Shown one piece after another: positions 10,501 through 20,858 of a stretch of 64,000 nucleotides of DNA. Source of the stretch: Thermoplasmatota archaeon (GTDB lineage: Archaea; Thermoplasmatota; Penumbrarchaeia; Penumbrarchaeales; Penumbrarchaeaceae); contig CBDDUX010000026.1 of assembly GCA_965234725.1 (NCBI GenBank), forward strand, positions 53,223-117,222, written 5' to 3'. Made by a program: the position numbers and the translations under genes. The notes beneath the pieces were generated by a model. That model was given only the letters and a program-made list of their open reading frames with translations, was not told where the DNA came from and did no database searches. The stretch's first letter is position 1. Each line of letters begins with the position of its first letter.

Positions 10501-13500
10501 AAAGCGTTTTCAAATTATGGCTTGCGGTGGGAGTAGGGACATACACATTCAGGGTCGTTGTTGATCCATTCCACCTTATATCTGAGATAAGTGAGGAGAA
10601 TAATGATATCTCGTACTCCACATCGACAATAACATCTTTCGTAACCAAGAACAACATCCTTGTTGTCGACGATGACATGTCAACTGATAATTTCCCTGTT
10701 GGCATGGACGTTGGAACCATGGATCTGAGGAGGATCTCGTATGCTTCCCTTGGAGGAGAACCCTCACAGGTGATAGAGGATACACTTGTTTCTCTGGAAT
10801 ATGATTTCGATAACCATGTTGTGGAAAATGATAATGTAGGGGGTGTATGGGATTATGCAAGTGGACTTTCCATTCTTGATCTCAAGAGATACAACTCGAT
10901 AGTATGGGTCCTTGGAGATTCAGGGTTAAAAGATGCAACAAACAGGGAAACTCTCACCGACAAGGACATGGAAGCCATCAAGAGGTATCTGGACGGTGAT
11001 TATCAGGAGGCCAAATACCTGCCGGAAGACCATCATGAAAACCTTATGTTGATAGGGACGAACCTTACCCATGACCTTAGTGTTTCAAATGATGAGATAA
11101 CCATGCTCTCAGGGAATTATTTCCTATTTGACCTGATGGAGGAATATTTCGGCATACTTCCGAATGTTCCGGCTACTAATATCGGAACCACTCTTGTGGG
11201 GCCAACAGAAGGAGAGATCCTTGATGAGGTATATCATGGAATTGATTTCGAGTTTGGAGAGCTTGACTCAGTATATGAATATTCAACTCTGGATCTGGCA
11301 CCTCCAATGGATACCTATGCAGAGGTTACACCTGGTCTTTGGGCCGGGGCAGATCTCATATCCGCACAGTACAAATATGACAATATCGAATCTGCAATGG
11401 CGATCCAGAGGAACTTCCAGGTCATAGTGCATACATGGCAACTGACAAGGGCCTCTGTGCTTGCTAGAGAGAGCCCCCTCAGAGAATTGGTGTATCTACC
11501 GCTTCACTGGTTCGATACGCCTGAGGACGATCCGGAGCTTCTCGGTAGGTCCTCAGATATATTTCTTGATAACACGAATCCTGTGATCGGAAATTCATAT
11601 GTGATCCAGGTTGAGGTTGCAAATCTTGGAGGAGCTGCAGGCGGTGGTACAATCGGATTCATGGATGGGGCATCGCTTATCCAGTCCGAGAACCTCTATC
11701 TGAATGCAGATACCACAACAACCGTTGAAGCTATCTGGAAACCACTCTATGCTGGTGAAAGGACCTTGACCATATGGTTGGATCGTTACAACGATACTTC
11801 CGAGGTCTTCGATATTCAGAACAATGCACCATCAATTACCATCGATGTGTTCTTCTTCTGGGACGATATGGAAGCCGGAGATGACAACTGGGACCATGAT
11901 TCGACCATCCTGAGGATAAACGGTGAAGGAACACTTGATTATATGAGTGAACCAACCTCTACGAACATCGAGAACAAGTGGCTGGCAATGAATGGTTTCA
12001 ATGTGAATACCGATGTTGAGAATACAGTTGTTCAAGGTGAGTACTACAGCTCTCCCAATTCATTTTACATGTATGAACCCAGCCTTTCCGGTACCTCGAG
12101 AAAGGATATGGATCTTGTAATGATGCTCGACACATCAGAATCAATGGATGATGGTGGTTGGGATCTAGCAATTGAAGATTATCAACCAATTGGGAATATG
12201 AAATTGGCGGCAAAGAATATTATAGATCAGTTGACACCAACAGATCGAATTGCAATCTATTCTTTCAATGGACTTGGTGCTCCAGTCCAGAGGTTTTCAT
12301 TCACATATATGACACAGACCAATCGTGAGAATGCAAAGGATGAGATAGACTCCTTGACAGCAAGTGGGGACACTCCTCTTTGGGACGGGATAGGTGAGGT
12401 TATCAACTATGTTTTAACCAATCAGAGGACGTCGAATGTTTATACATCGATAATTTCTTTGACAGATGGGGATGACTTTGGAAAATTTGAAAGAGAGGAT
12501 GGAAGCACTGTTTATTGCCCAGGTTCTGAAAGATCTACATATTACGGATCTCATACTTGGGGAAATGCCCTTGGTTTGAAATGGGGAGATTCCAGTATTG
12601 ACTTCAGAAATCAGGGATCGGCCAATGGAGATGATATTCTCAGGGTTGGTGGGGAAGGAGGAGTACCTTTGACCGGGTCATGGCTTGATCTTCAAGATTC
12701 AACAAGGACCGGACTATTGTATTCACCTATCCCTGTATTTACTGTTGGATTGGGGATATCCCCTCATGAAGCTGATCCACTGAATCCAACAATTGGTACG
12801 AATTATTTCTTTACTACAGAATATGACCTTTGGCGTGTTGCTGAGACTTCCAAGGGGGAATATTATTATGCATCTGATTCCACGATCCTTGGAAAGATAT
12901 TCCAGGAGATATTCAATCAAGTGGAACAGAATGCGCAATCATCTACTCGTGGTGAACCTTCAAGAGCCGCAGGACTCTGGACAGATGGGAATGAGGTTGC
13001 CAGCAACAAATACATGCACACCAGTATAGTTGACCTGAAATATGCGGATACGGCAATACTTTCATTCAACCATAAATACAACATGAAGGTCGGTTCCAAC
13101 GGCGGAGTGATCCTTATTGGAACAGATACAGACGGTGATGGGTCCTGGGATTTCGAATATGTTCAGCCAGATCAGGCTTATACCGGAAATTTCCTCACTT
13201 CACAATGGGACAATCTAAAAGACAGTTATGGAAACAGGATGCGTTGGTGCTGGAACGGACTTTCCGGTGGAGGAAGCCTCGGATGGGATCATGTGACCGT
13301 CGATCTTGAAGAATTCCTAGGTGAAGAGGTGATCGTCGCATTCATCTATTACTATCTAGGGGGAGGAACAGGATACGGTTGGATGATAGACGATGTTGAC
13401 ATCAAGATATCCACATTTGATACCAATCTGGACAAGGGTTTATCCGTTGACAGCTGGACCCTTCAAAATGTGACCGATGTTGGGTCTACCAGGGGAGTTG

Positions 13501-14294
13501 GATCATACAGTGGATATAATTCCTGGTTCATAGGCGATCCCAACAATGGTGGGGATCTCAAACCTGGAGTTGATAACTCACTGTATACCAGGCAGATAGA
13601 CCTCACCAACACCAGGGAAGCTACTCTTGAGGCGCAGCTCAGGTTCAATATCGACACAGATCCCGGCAGACCTCCGGATGGTTTCCGGGTGGAAGTGTCT
13701 ATAGATAACAAACAGACATGGGTTCCTCTGAATCTTGGTGTACGATCATCCTGGGGAGTTTCAGGGACCGAAGCCGATGCTGATGACGGGATCCCGGATG
13801 ATCAGAAATCCTATACGGGTCTTGACCTCGAGGGGAACGGAAATAACTGGGTTCCGGCAAATACATTGACAAGGTTGAGTACCAATCTGGATTCCTTCAC
13901 CGGGAATGTTATAAACATTAGGTTCCGGGTGATAACGAACACAGACCTCACTCATTATGCAGATCCTAACGAGGACCTTGGTATCTATATCGATGATGTC
14001 TTCGTCTATGGTTCGTCGCTTCACGCAACGAGATCTGAAATTGGATCGACAGAAGAGATCTTATCCGAAGTTGATGAAATTGTAGAACCTGTTGATGTAA
14101 CGATACCCATGGAAAGTGAATGGGAAGAAGAACCTATGATCGAAACTGTAGAGGCCATTCACGAAGACAGTGAGATCGGATCTGAAGATAGAGGGATCGG
14201 ATCCTATCTCATATGGGTAATTGTTCCCTTCCTTCTGATATTGATGGCGGTACCAGTTGTATTTGTTCAGGTAGGTAGAGTGAAGAGGGATTGA
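7560..14294 (+). CDS. Giant (2244 aa) archaeal type IV pilin-like adhesin: class III signal/pilin N-terminus, CARDB-like Ig domains, vWA domain, beta-sandwich domains, C-terminal TM anchor
   Basis: LA|VSEAVGTVLLLGISITLAGGIAVW; HRGGD pilin-head motif; PDLAI...N.G and VDP...E.NN CARDB signatures; MIDAS LDTSESM, TPLWD, LTDG; C-terminal hydrophobic helix followed by RVKRD. Confidence 0.85.
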   Translation: MKRLSSVWKNNGSKDRFLAVSEAVGTVLLLGISITLAGGIAVWTSNIEEGEEGIYVDLWANVQGNDLVIVHRGGDHLDGVNTKIMITDSSRYSVIENTYTVMSGTNDDTWSPGEELVIDITNPSVTDTFKIIVTTTRDNGEAVVIFNNELQRSNSNTGLPDLAITMINLRDSEDNIVTTILDNGAYVIQIRVSNFGSDMTTVHHSDLGNGAISNLKIFDSNEPIDMASVTYSHYTTGDVEVFGPDDLGKMKNGDYMVFDFIWQVSGSIPRSLGLHRFNVKVIPVYTGELNYRNNYIEKKFNVDKELTPLDIHGPDPGIYDILFSNEAPNSGEEVTVTVIIQNSGDEGIEITHGVNLIVTTWEPERYHDSYDESEIHDWKMDYEGYYGMWRSEYSEVIPVTEDDTFPTCVRTNIELLPGAYLFFYFTLEARVDVPGGEQWVFAAIDAFNDNSQPQGIGYYPGGDDPGDNMRLGKIQVLPRILVVDDDGSPTGTEGDMTSTVLEALIGAGVTVDKVFTSQEVSDHSDTRDAPAFSYNQAEISAPAMEDYDIVMWVTGFETDPLTNVPNDPVKDIGGNIQEIMKYLDSNRYFLLVGTDPFNGLMSYFNSKSTTDRIVEDDPSLDATAFLYKYMGIQQVTTDVNISAGDPPTLHGMDIFVDLQLSSLEGDLIITHKSGDDISGTNTNIVIYDQFATPVISGSYSDFSGTFGEDWSSGTEVSIDLSTLTLSDTYDIVITTPRDLGSTMIVHKNEFTMSDEIGENPSIKYGDIYPGGISSRDETIELLTQTPGNGLMNLFVIRSSYEENLFEIPVGTLTNSDEVVKADPSFNSIRSFGTPDEDLFDAAYRSVVLGWDITQIKYLNEKVDLFSDILKWFDWEVEVGRDLAVTRMNLYIISEDEEGNWFNDPVDEDNAPKYLDTVLIEAYVRNNGPNLESSSVMFYVTGPDGLELPITPNIPDPRDDLEPEYYDNPYDMNGLSGGGAEESVFKLWLAVGVGTYTFRVVVDPFHLISEISEENNDISYSTSTITSFVTKNNILVVDDDMSTDNFPVGMDVGTMDLRRISYASLGGEPSQVIEDTLVSLEYDFDNHVVENDNVGGVWDYASGLSILDLKRYNSIVWVLGDSGLKDATNRETLTDKDMEAIKRYLDGDYQEAKYLPEDHHENLMLIGTNLTHDLSVSNDEITMLSGNYFLFDLMEEYFGILPNVPATNIGTTLVGPTEGEILDEVYHGIDFEFGELDSVYEYSTLDLAPPMDTYAEVTPGLWAGADLISAQYKYDNIESAMAIQRNFQVIVHTWQLTRASVLARESPLRELVYLPLHWFDTPEDDPELLGRSSDIFLDNTNPVIGNSYVIQVEVANLGGAAGGGTIGFMDGASLIQSENLYLNADTTTTVEAIWKPLYAGERTLTIWLDRYNDTSEVFDIQNNAPSITIDVFFFWDDMEAGDDNWDHDSTILRINGEGTLDYMSEPTSTNIENKWLAMNGFNVNTDVENTVVQGEYYSSPNSFYMYEPSLSGTSRKDMDLVMMLDTSESMDDGGWDLAIEDYQPIGNMKLAAKNIIDQLTPTDRIAIYSFNGLGAPVQRFSFTYMTQTNRENAKDEIDSLTASGDTPLWDGIGEVINYVLTNQRTSNVYTSIISLTDGDDFGKFEREDGSTVYCPGSERSTYYGSHTWGNALGLKWGDSSIDFRNQGSANGDDILRVGGEGGVPLTGSWLDLQDSTRTGLLYSPIPVFTVGLGISPHEADPLNPTIGTNYFFTTEYDLWRVAETSKGEYYYASDSTILGKIFQEIFNQVEQNAQSSTRGEPSRAAGLWTDGNEVASNKYMHTSIVDLKYADTAILSFNHKYNMKVGSNGGVILIGTDTDGDGSWDFEYVQPDQAYTGNFLTSQWDNLKDSYGNRMRWCWNGLSGGGSLGWDHVTVDLEEFLGEEVIVAFIYYYLGGGTGYGWMIDDVDIKISTFDTNLDKGLSVDSWTLQNVTDVGSTRGVGSYSGYNSWFIGDPNNGGDLKPGVDNSLYTRQIDLTNTREATLEAQLRFNIDTDPGRPPDGFRVEVSIDNKQTWVPLNLGVRSSWGVSGTEADADDGIPDDQKSYTGLDLEGNGNNWVPANTLTRLSTNLDSFTGNVINIRFRVITNTDLTHYADPNEDLGIYIDDVFVYGSSLHATRSEIGSTEEILSEVDEIVEPVDVTIPMESEWEEEPMIETVEAIHEDSEIGSEDRGIGSYLIWVIVPFLLILMAVPVVFVQVGRVKRD

Positions 14295-14306
14295 GGAGGT
14301 GAACCC

Positions 14307-17300
14307 TTGAATAGGAATTATCCAAAAATCATGAAAAAGAAAGGGAAAAGCGATCTCCTGGGTGTTTCGGAAGCCATAGGCACGGTTCTCCTTCTCGGGA
14401 TCACGGTTGCCATGACCGGTGGGATCGCATTGTACACCTCTCAGATAGATGGTATGGATGAAGGTCTTTTCGTGGACCTCTATGCATCCCTATCAGGTGA
14501 AACACTCTCAATAACACATCGCGGTGGCGATGTTCTTACCGGGACAGAAACATACATAACAATACAGAATTCTGACGGGACTGAATTTCGGAGCATAAAG
14601 TATTTTGATCCAGGACAGGGAAGGAGTGATGAATTCTGGGAATCAGGTGAATCACTTGATATTTCTCTTGTAGGAACCACGCTCGATATCACGATCTTAG
14701 TTACAACTGTTCGAAATGATGGTATTAGCATTGTAGCAATGAAGACCGAGCTTTCCAAATCATCCCTTGATCCCAACAGTCCTGACCTTGCAATAACTCG
14801 GATCTCCATCCAGCAGTCTGGAACAACAGGTATCGATGGCTATATTCTGGATCACGGTCCATTTCTGATAATTGTCAATGTGAAGAACATTGGTGGATCC
14901 ATGACAGAGAAATGGGTGGAACCATTGAGCGATTCGGAAGTCTCGAATCTGATGATATATGATGATAGTGATTCGCTTGAATTGTCTTCACTCAGTTACA
15001 CTCACAGGGATAGTTCAGGAAACGTGAAATCACCTTCAGACATGATATTGTTGAATGATGAATATCTTGAGATAGTATTCACATGGAACAGAGAGAAGGG
15101 TGATTACAGAGCTCTAGGTGACCATGTATTGACAGTCAAGGTCAATCCATACAGTTCAAGTGAACTGGATTATCGCAACAACATCATGACAAGGTCCTAC
15201 ACGGTTGACAAGGATACAACACCTGAACCTATTCCGGGACCTGACCCGGGTATCTATGATATCTATTTCTCGGATGATGCTCCAAGAAGCGGAGATACCA
15301 TAACTGTTACAGTTGTAGTTCAGAATTCTGGTTCGGAAATATTAACTCCTGATATGAACGTCCATCTGATAGTTTCCCTGTGGGCACCTGCACAGAAAAG
15401 GATCCCGATGGTCGGTTACGAGGAGGAGGTAACTGTCTATGATTGGATGATGGATGATCCGGCCCATTATCAATCATGGAGAATGGGTAATGATACCCTG
15501 GCTGTGGAGACAGACCTTATCTTCCCAACCTGCACGATAAATGATATTGAACTTCTCCCCGGAGCATATATTTTCTTCCATTTCTCACTCGAAGCGAGAG
15601 TGGATATTCCGGGAGGTCATCAGACAGTCTATGCTGTCGTCAATCCATACGATGGTTATGATCCAGTGGACCCTATGGGTCTGATGTATGACGAGGGAGA
15701 TAATCATAAGGATAATACCGGACTCGGTATCTTCCAGGTATTCCCAAAGATCCTGCTTGTTGATGACGATGGTGCATCCTCGGGGACCGCGGGTGACATG
15801 ACGACAATAGTAACAGAAGCGCTCACAGGTTCCGGTGTCAAGACGGATGCTATAGTTGTAGCACAGCAGGTGGAGGACGATCTCGGTATGAGGAATGCAC
15901 CTGCCTATCAATATGACCGGACCAATGTACCGTTCCCGGCCATGGAGGATTATGATATAGTAATTTGGATAACCGGTCAAAGAACGGATGCACTGACCAA
16001 TGATCCAATTGCTGCATATGGAGGCAACATTCAGGAATTGATGAAGTATCTCGATGATAATGGATATTTCCTCCTCGTCGGATCACATCCACTTGATGGA
16101 TTGACACATTATTTCAACGGTGCAAATAACACTCTGATGCCGGGGACAGGATGGTCAGGTAACCCTGAATATGAAGATGCACAGAACTTCATCTACAATT
16201 ATCTCGGCATACAGAGAGTCTACTCTGGTGAGGACCTGCCTCTTGGAAACGATGATAGAATGGTTGGAATTGATGGAGACGAGGGAAACATCACAGAGGT
16301 CGATGGAGGAGGAGAATACAACATTGAATTCAATGATATGGCAGAGTTCAACGCCATGTCGACCCTCTTCCTTCCAAGAAGTGTTCAGACAGAGAAGGAC
16401 CTTCAACCGTATTTCGAGATCCCTGCAGGCGTTCTTACGTATCAGGATGAGATCTCAGGCGGGACCGAGACCGATCATGTCAATACTGTCAGGTCATGGT
16501 CTGTCCCGGATCCTGTGACCGGAGCAATATACAAATCAGTGGTCATGGGGTGGGATGTCAGAGAGATCAAGTATCTCAACCAGGAGATCGATATCTTTGC
16601 ACGAACCATGAAATGGCTTGACTGGGAGATCCAGATAGGAAGGGATCTTGCAATAACCAAGATGGAGCTCAGTCTGCTTTCCCAGGATGAGAACAATGAC
16701 TGGATCAAGGTGCCTATAGATAACGATGAGGTCGTTCCAAAATATCTCGATACCATCGAGATAGAGGTGTCGGTTCGTAACAATGGACTCCTGGAGGAAT
16801 CCACTACACTGATATTCTACGTCACCGGACCCAATGGAATTGAGGTTCCGGTCACGACTGATCTTCCAGAACCAAGATCGGAGGAATTCATTCCCGAAGA
16901 GAAAATAAATGATAACAACCCGATAGATCTTGCATACATTTCAGGAGGTGGCGGAGAGGTGACAAGGTACAAATTATGGCTCGCTCTGGGTTCGGGAATT
17001 TACAATTTCAGGGTCATGGTTGACCCATATCACCTCATTGATGAGGTTAACGAGGATAACAACGACATCAGCTATTCAACAACAACACTTGCATCTTTTG
17101 TTGCAGAGAACAATATTCTGATAGTGGATGATGATGGTTCATCCGATAACTTCCTGGCCGAAGATCTTCCATTGGCTACGTGGAACGGACTTGTTATCAA
17201 TTATCCATTGGGAGAACCTTCAGAGCTTATTGCCGATTCACTTGTTGAACTCGATTTCGACCATGAAGTGTTCACCACCGAGAACTATCATGATTCCTCG

Positions 17301-20300
17301 GATTGGATAATGGGAAGCGGACCCCTGGTGGAGGAATTGAAGAGGTTCAATTCGATCATATGGGTCAGTGGGAATTCTGGAAGTGTGGTTTCTCTTGATA
17401 GAGAAACGCTGACAGATTCCGATATCATTGCCATTGAGAAATATCTCAGCGGATTATATGACGAGGCACAGTTCCTGGGTGATGATCACAATGAGAACCT
17501 GATGTTGACAGGAAGTCATGTCCTAGAGGATATTTCAGGGTCCGGTGACCATTCAATTTCGGGGGTCGGGATAGAGACATCCACCCATGAATTCCTCAGG
17601 AATTTCCTGGGAGTGCATCCTGAAACAACATCACCTCCACAGGAAACCGGAAGTATCATTTTCGGTGCAAGGTCGGGAAGTATGCTCTCGGATATCTATT
17701 TTGGATTGGAAATATTCGATGAAGATATCGAAGGAGGAGACTTCAACTATCAGGATCTCACAACGTTCAACAGACCATTCTCAACTGTCAGAAACGCTTT
17801 CATGACATTTGACGGAACTATGAACATTGATACAGCTTCGGTCCAGTTCTCTCATCATGATGATGAGGCTGGTGATTATTTCAGATCTGTATTCCATTCA
17901 TGGGACCTTGCAGAGTTGCAAAAATCGGGTGATGGTTCCATTGAACATCCTTTCCAGGAATCGATATTTCTCACTCTCAGATGGTTCGATACACCGATCA
18001 TTCAACCTGAGATACTATCGAGGAACATCATGGTGGATATCAATCATGATAATCCCTCACTTGGGAATTCCTATCTTGTTTCTTTAAAAGTTGCAAACCT
18101 CGGAGGAGCATCCGGAGGTGGGACCGTAAGGTTCATGGATGGAGATACACTTTTTTCGACCAGGTTCATTTTCCTCGATCCGGGAGATCAGGTCACAATT
18201 GAAGCCATATGGGAACCACAATATGCAGGTAACAGGATAATCAAGGTCTGGCTTGATCGGTTCGATGATTATGATGAGGTTTTCGATTCGATCAATAACA
18301 TACCTCAAAGATCGATCACTGTATACTATTTCTGGGACGACATGGAGACATATGGTTCCAACAATTTTGAACATGATGCATTAGTTGCGATGATCAACGG
18401 TGAGAATCCTCTTGATTACTACGATCCATTGGACCCTGACCCTCAGACCAATGTTATTGACTCATGGGACAGATCAATGTCATACGGGGTCAGAGAAGCG
18501 GACGACACTTCCAAGAGCGCCCCTTATTCCTATAGATTGGAGGAATCCAAAGGAGCAGTGCTAAATAGAGCTGACGTGATAATCAGCTTTGTCATAGATG
18601 ATTCAGCGTCGATGACCAAAAGGACATCAACTGCTGGAAACACATGGCTTCAAGAGGCGAAGGATGCAGCACAGATACTTCTAAATGAACTTTCCGATGC
18701 ATCAATTTGTGTTAGTATCTGGGATTTCAAGGGTAACGCTGAGAGAAGATGGTCTGGCCCGACAGATAGAGGAACATCTGAAGGTGGTATTTCTACAACA
18801 AACAGAAGAGATCCTGTTAGACTTGGAGATGATTTCGGGGGTATTGATGGACGTACTCTGGTAAGCAATGAAATAGATAGCATGTCAAATCCATCCGGAA
18901 CCACGATCATTTGGGATTCCATAGGTGAAGCCTACAAGGATATCGAATACTGGTCAGTTTACTATCCGGATCTGACCCCGGTTGTTGTCGTATTATCAGA
19001 TGGAATGGATATTCAGGCTTCAGATGGTTCATCATTGAGCCTGTTGACAGTGGACAATACTGTGGAAGGTGGAAGCACATACTGGGCACCATGGGGTTCG
19101 ATGGCAGATGGTGAACAATATTATCAGTATCATCTTGGAAAATACTCCACGGACCTTTCAGATCTGAGTGCATCTACTTACTGGATGTATGCGATGAACC
19201 TGGGTTCCATGGACCATTACAGATATGGTCTCCTTGATTCTGATATACCCATATATACGATAGGTCTTGGTCTGGAGCATCATGATCCGCCTTACCTTCC
19301 TGAAATTTCCACAAATCCTGTTACTACAATAGGAGACCACATCCTCGATTACACTAATGCTCACTGTTCTGCAACGGGAACGGGTATTGGTGAATCAGGT
19401 ACCCTGGAATATAATCTCTGGAGGATAGCTGATTCCTCGGATGCCAAGTATTTTTATGCTCCAACTGCAGATGAACTGGCAGATATTTTCCAGGAGCTTG
19501 GACAGTTGCTTGCAAAACCACAGGACCAGACAAGGAGTTCGGAACCTACCAGGCAGGATGAGGTCCCCAATGAAAACAAATGGGCGGTCACAAGTGAATT
19601 TGATGTATCTGGTGCTGAAACCGCAAGCTTGAGTTTCTGGCACAAGTACAATATCGTTGACGGTGCAAACGGTGGATACGTCATGGTTGGCTATTTGGAT
19701 GATACAGTGGATACTGATGCAGATGGTGATCCTACCAACGATTGGGATTGGAAGTACATGACCCCGGTAAATGGATTCTATTCGGGAAGCCTCTATCCTG
19801 GTCTTGAAAGGAAGGATTCTTTCGGCAATACTATAAATTGGGGTTACAACGGTAGGAGCGGTGAAGGTACATTTGATTGGGACAATGCGGATTTCAATAT
19901 CCTTGATTTTGTACCTCCTGGATACAGGGACAGGGTCAAAGTTATGTTCTACTACATACAGTATGGTGGAGGAACAGGTGATGGATGGTGGTTCGATGAT
20001 GTCAAGATAGTGATGTCAAGAGCCGAAGAATCACCTGTGGATGCTGATTCTATTGATACATGGAGGTTTCTGGAAGGAACAACAGAAAGCGGAACCGTTC
20101 ACAGCGGAACCCATTCATGGTTTGCAGGGGGCATAACAACAGCATATGATCTGCATGAGGGGATAGATAATTCACTGTATACCAGACCCATCGATCTTAC
20201 AAATGCAAGAAATGCATATTTAGAATTCTACACCAGGTTCAACATCCAGTATGAAGCCGGAAGGCCACCAGACGGATTCAGAGTGGAGATATCTAAGAAC

Positions 20301-20858
20301 AACGGATTGAGCTGGGCACCTCTGAACTTCGGAGTCAGATCCTCATGGAGGGTTAGCGGGACTGAAGCCGATCTGACAGATGGTGAGTTGGACGGAAAAT
20401 CATTCACCGGGGCATCCGAGAGATCCGATGTCCACAACTGGGTTCCTGCATCATCAATATCAAGGCTTACTCTGGATCTGGGTGGTTATACCGGTTATGT
20501 GGTAACTTTGAGATTCAGGATTGTGACCAACATTGATGGTATCCATTATGAGGATGTCAATTCGTTCAGAGGAGTATATCTCGATGATATCAAGGTGTTC
20601 GGTGAATCACTGGAATCATCACCTACAAGGTCTCAGAGTATGGAAAACCCGGATATCGATGAAATGATATTGGAAAGCTTATCAAAGGGATCTGATGATG
20701 GATCGACCTCGGAAATTATTGAGGTTCCCGAACCGCAAGAATCTGTTGAAAGGGCAAAAGTACAGAACACATTATATGGACCCACTTTACTTATCTTGTT
20801 ATTAATCATAATATCTATCATCTGGATGGTCGGAAGACGCTTGGGGGTTCATAGATGA
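14307..20858 (+). CDS. Giant (2183 aa) paralog of the upstream pilin-headed vWA adhesin
   Basis: LG|VSEAIGTVLLLGITVAMTGGIALY; collinear with the upstream gene (GPDPGIYDI, IELLPGAY, FWDDME, GRPPDGFRVE); MIDAS IDDSASM, VLSDG; C-terminal TM followed by GRRLGVHR; GGAGGTGA RBS. Confidence 0.85.
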   Translation: MNRNYPKIMKKKGKSDLLGVSEAIGTVLLLGITVAMTGGIALYTSQIDGMDEGLFVDLYASLSGETLSITHRGGDVLTGTETYITIQNSDGTEFRSIKYFDPGQGRSDEFWESGESLDISLVGTTLDITILVTTVRNDGISIVAMKTELSKSSLDPNSPDLAITRISIQQSGTTGIDGYILDHGPFLIIVNVKNIGGSMTEKWVEPLSDSEVSNLMIYDDSDSLELSSLSYTHRDSSGNVKSPSDMILLNDEYLEIVFTWNREKGDYRALGDHVLTVKVNPYSSSELDYRNNIMTRSYTVDKDTTPEPIPGPDPGIYDIYFSDDAPRSGDTITVTVVVQNSGSEILTPDMNVHLIVSLWAPAQKRIPMVGYEEEVTVYDWMMDDPAHYQSWRMGNDTLAVETDLIFPTCTINDIELLPGAYIFFHFSLEARVDIPGGHQTVYAVVNPYDGYDPVDPMGLMYDEGDNHKDNTGLGIFQVFPKILLVDDDGASSGTAGDMTTIVTEALTGSGVKTDAIVVAQQVEDDLGMRNAPAYQYDRTNVPFPAMEDYDIVIWITGQRTDALTNDPIAAYGGNIQELMKYLDDNGYFLLVGSHPLDGLTHYFNGANNTLMPGTGWSGNPEYEDAQNFIYNYLGIQRVYSGEDLPLGNDDRMVGIDGDEGNITEVDGGGEYNIEFNDMAEFNAMSTLFLPRSVQTEKDLQPYFEIPAGVLTYQDEISGGTETDHVNTVRSWSVPDPVTGAIYKSVVMGWDVREIKYLNQEIDIFARTMKWLDWEIQIGRDLAITKMELSLLSQDENNDWIKVPIDNDEVVPKYLDTIEIEVSVRNNGLLEESTTLIFYVTGPNGIEVPVTTDLPEPRSEEFIPEEKINDNNPIDLAYISGGGGEVTRYKLWLALGSGIYNFRVMVDPYHLIDEVNEDNNDISYSTTTLASFVAENNILIVDDDGSSDNFLAEDLPLATWNGLVINYPLGEPSELIADSLVELDFDHEVFTTENYHDSSDWIMGSGPLVEELKRFNSIIWVSGNSGSVVSLDRETLTDSDIIAIEKYLSGLYDEAQFLGDDHNENLMLTGSHVLEDISGSGDHSISGVGIETSTHEFLRNFLGVHPETTSPPQETGSIIFGARSGSMLSDIYFGLEIFDEDIEGGDFNYQDLTTFNRPFSTVRNAFMTFDGTMNIDTASVQFSHHDDEAGDYFRSVFHSWDLAELQKSGDGSIEHPFQESIFLTLRWFDTPIIQPEILSRNIMVDINHDNPSLGNSYLVSLKVANLGGASGGGTVRFMDGDTLFSTRFIFLDPGDQVTIEAIWEPQYAGNRIIKVWLDRFDDYDEVFDSINNIPQRSITVYYFWDDMETYGSNNFEHDALVAMINGENPLDYYDPLDPDPQTNVIDSWDRSMSYGVREADDTSKSAPYSYRLEESKGAVLNRADVIISFVIDDSASMTKRTSTAGNTWLQEAKDAAQILLNELSDASICVSIWDFKGNAERRWSGPTDRGTSEGGISTTNRRDPVRLGDDFGGIDGRTLVSNEIDSMSNPSGTTIIWDSIGEAYKDIEYWSVYYPDLTPVVVVLSDGMDIQASDGSSLSLLTVDNTVEGGSTYWAPWGSMADGEQYYQYHLGKYSTDLSDLSASTYWMYAMNLGSMDHYRYGLLDSDIPIYTIGLGLEHHDPPYLPEISTNPVTTIGDHILDYTNAHCSATGTGIGESGTLEYNLWRIADSSDAKYFYAPTADELADIFQELGQLLAKPQDQTRSSEPTRQDEVPNENKWAVTSEFDVSGAETASLSFWHKYNIVDGANGGYVMVGYLDDTVDTDADGDPTNDWDWKYMTPVNGFYSGSLYPGLERKDSFGNTINWGYNGRSGEGTFDWDNADFNILDFVPPGYRDRVKVMFYYIQYGGGTGDGWWFDDVKIVMSRAEESPVDADSIDTWRFLEGTTESGTVHSGTHSWFAGGITTAYDLHEGIDNSLYTRPIDLTNARNAYLEFYTRFNIQYEAGRPPDGFRVEISKNNGLSWAPLNFGVRSSWRVSGTEADLTDGELDGKSFTGASERSDVHNWVPASSISRLTLDLGGYTGYVVTLRFRIVTNIDGIHYEDVNSFRGVYLDDIKVFGESLESSPTRSQSMENPDIDEMILESLSKGSDDGSTSEIIEVPEPQESVERAKVQNTLYGPTLLILLLIIISIIWMVGRRLGVHR

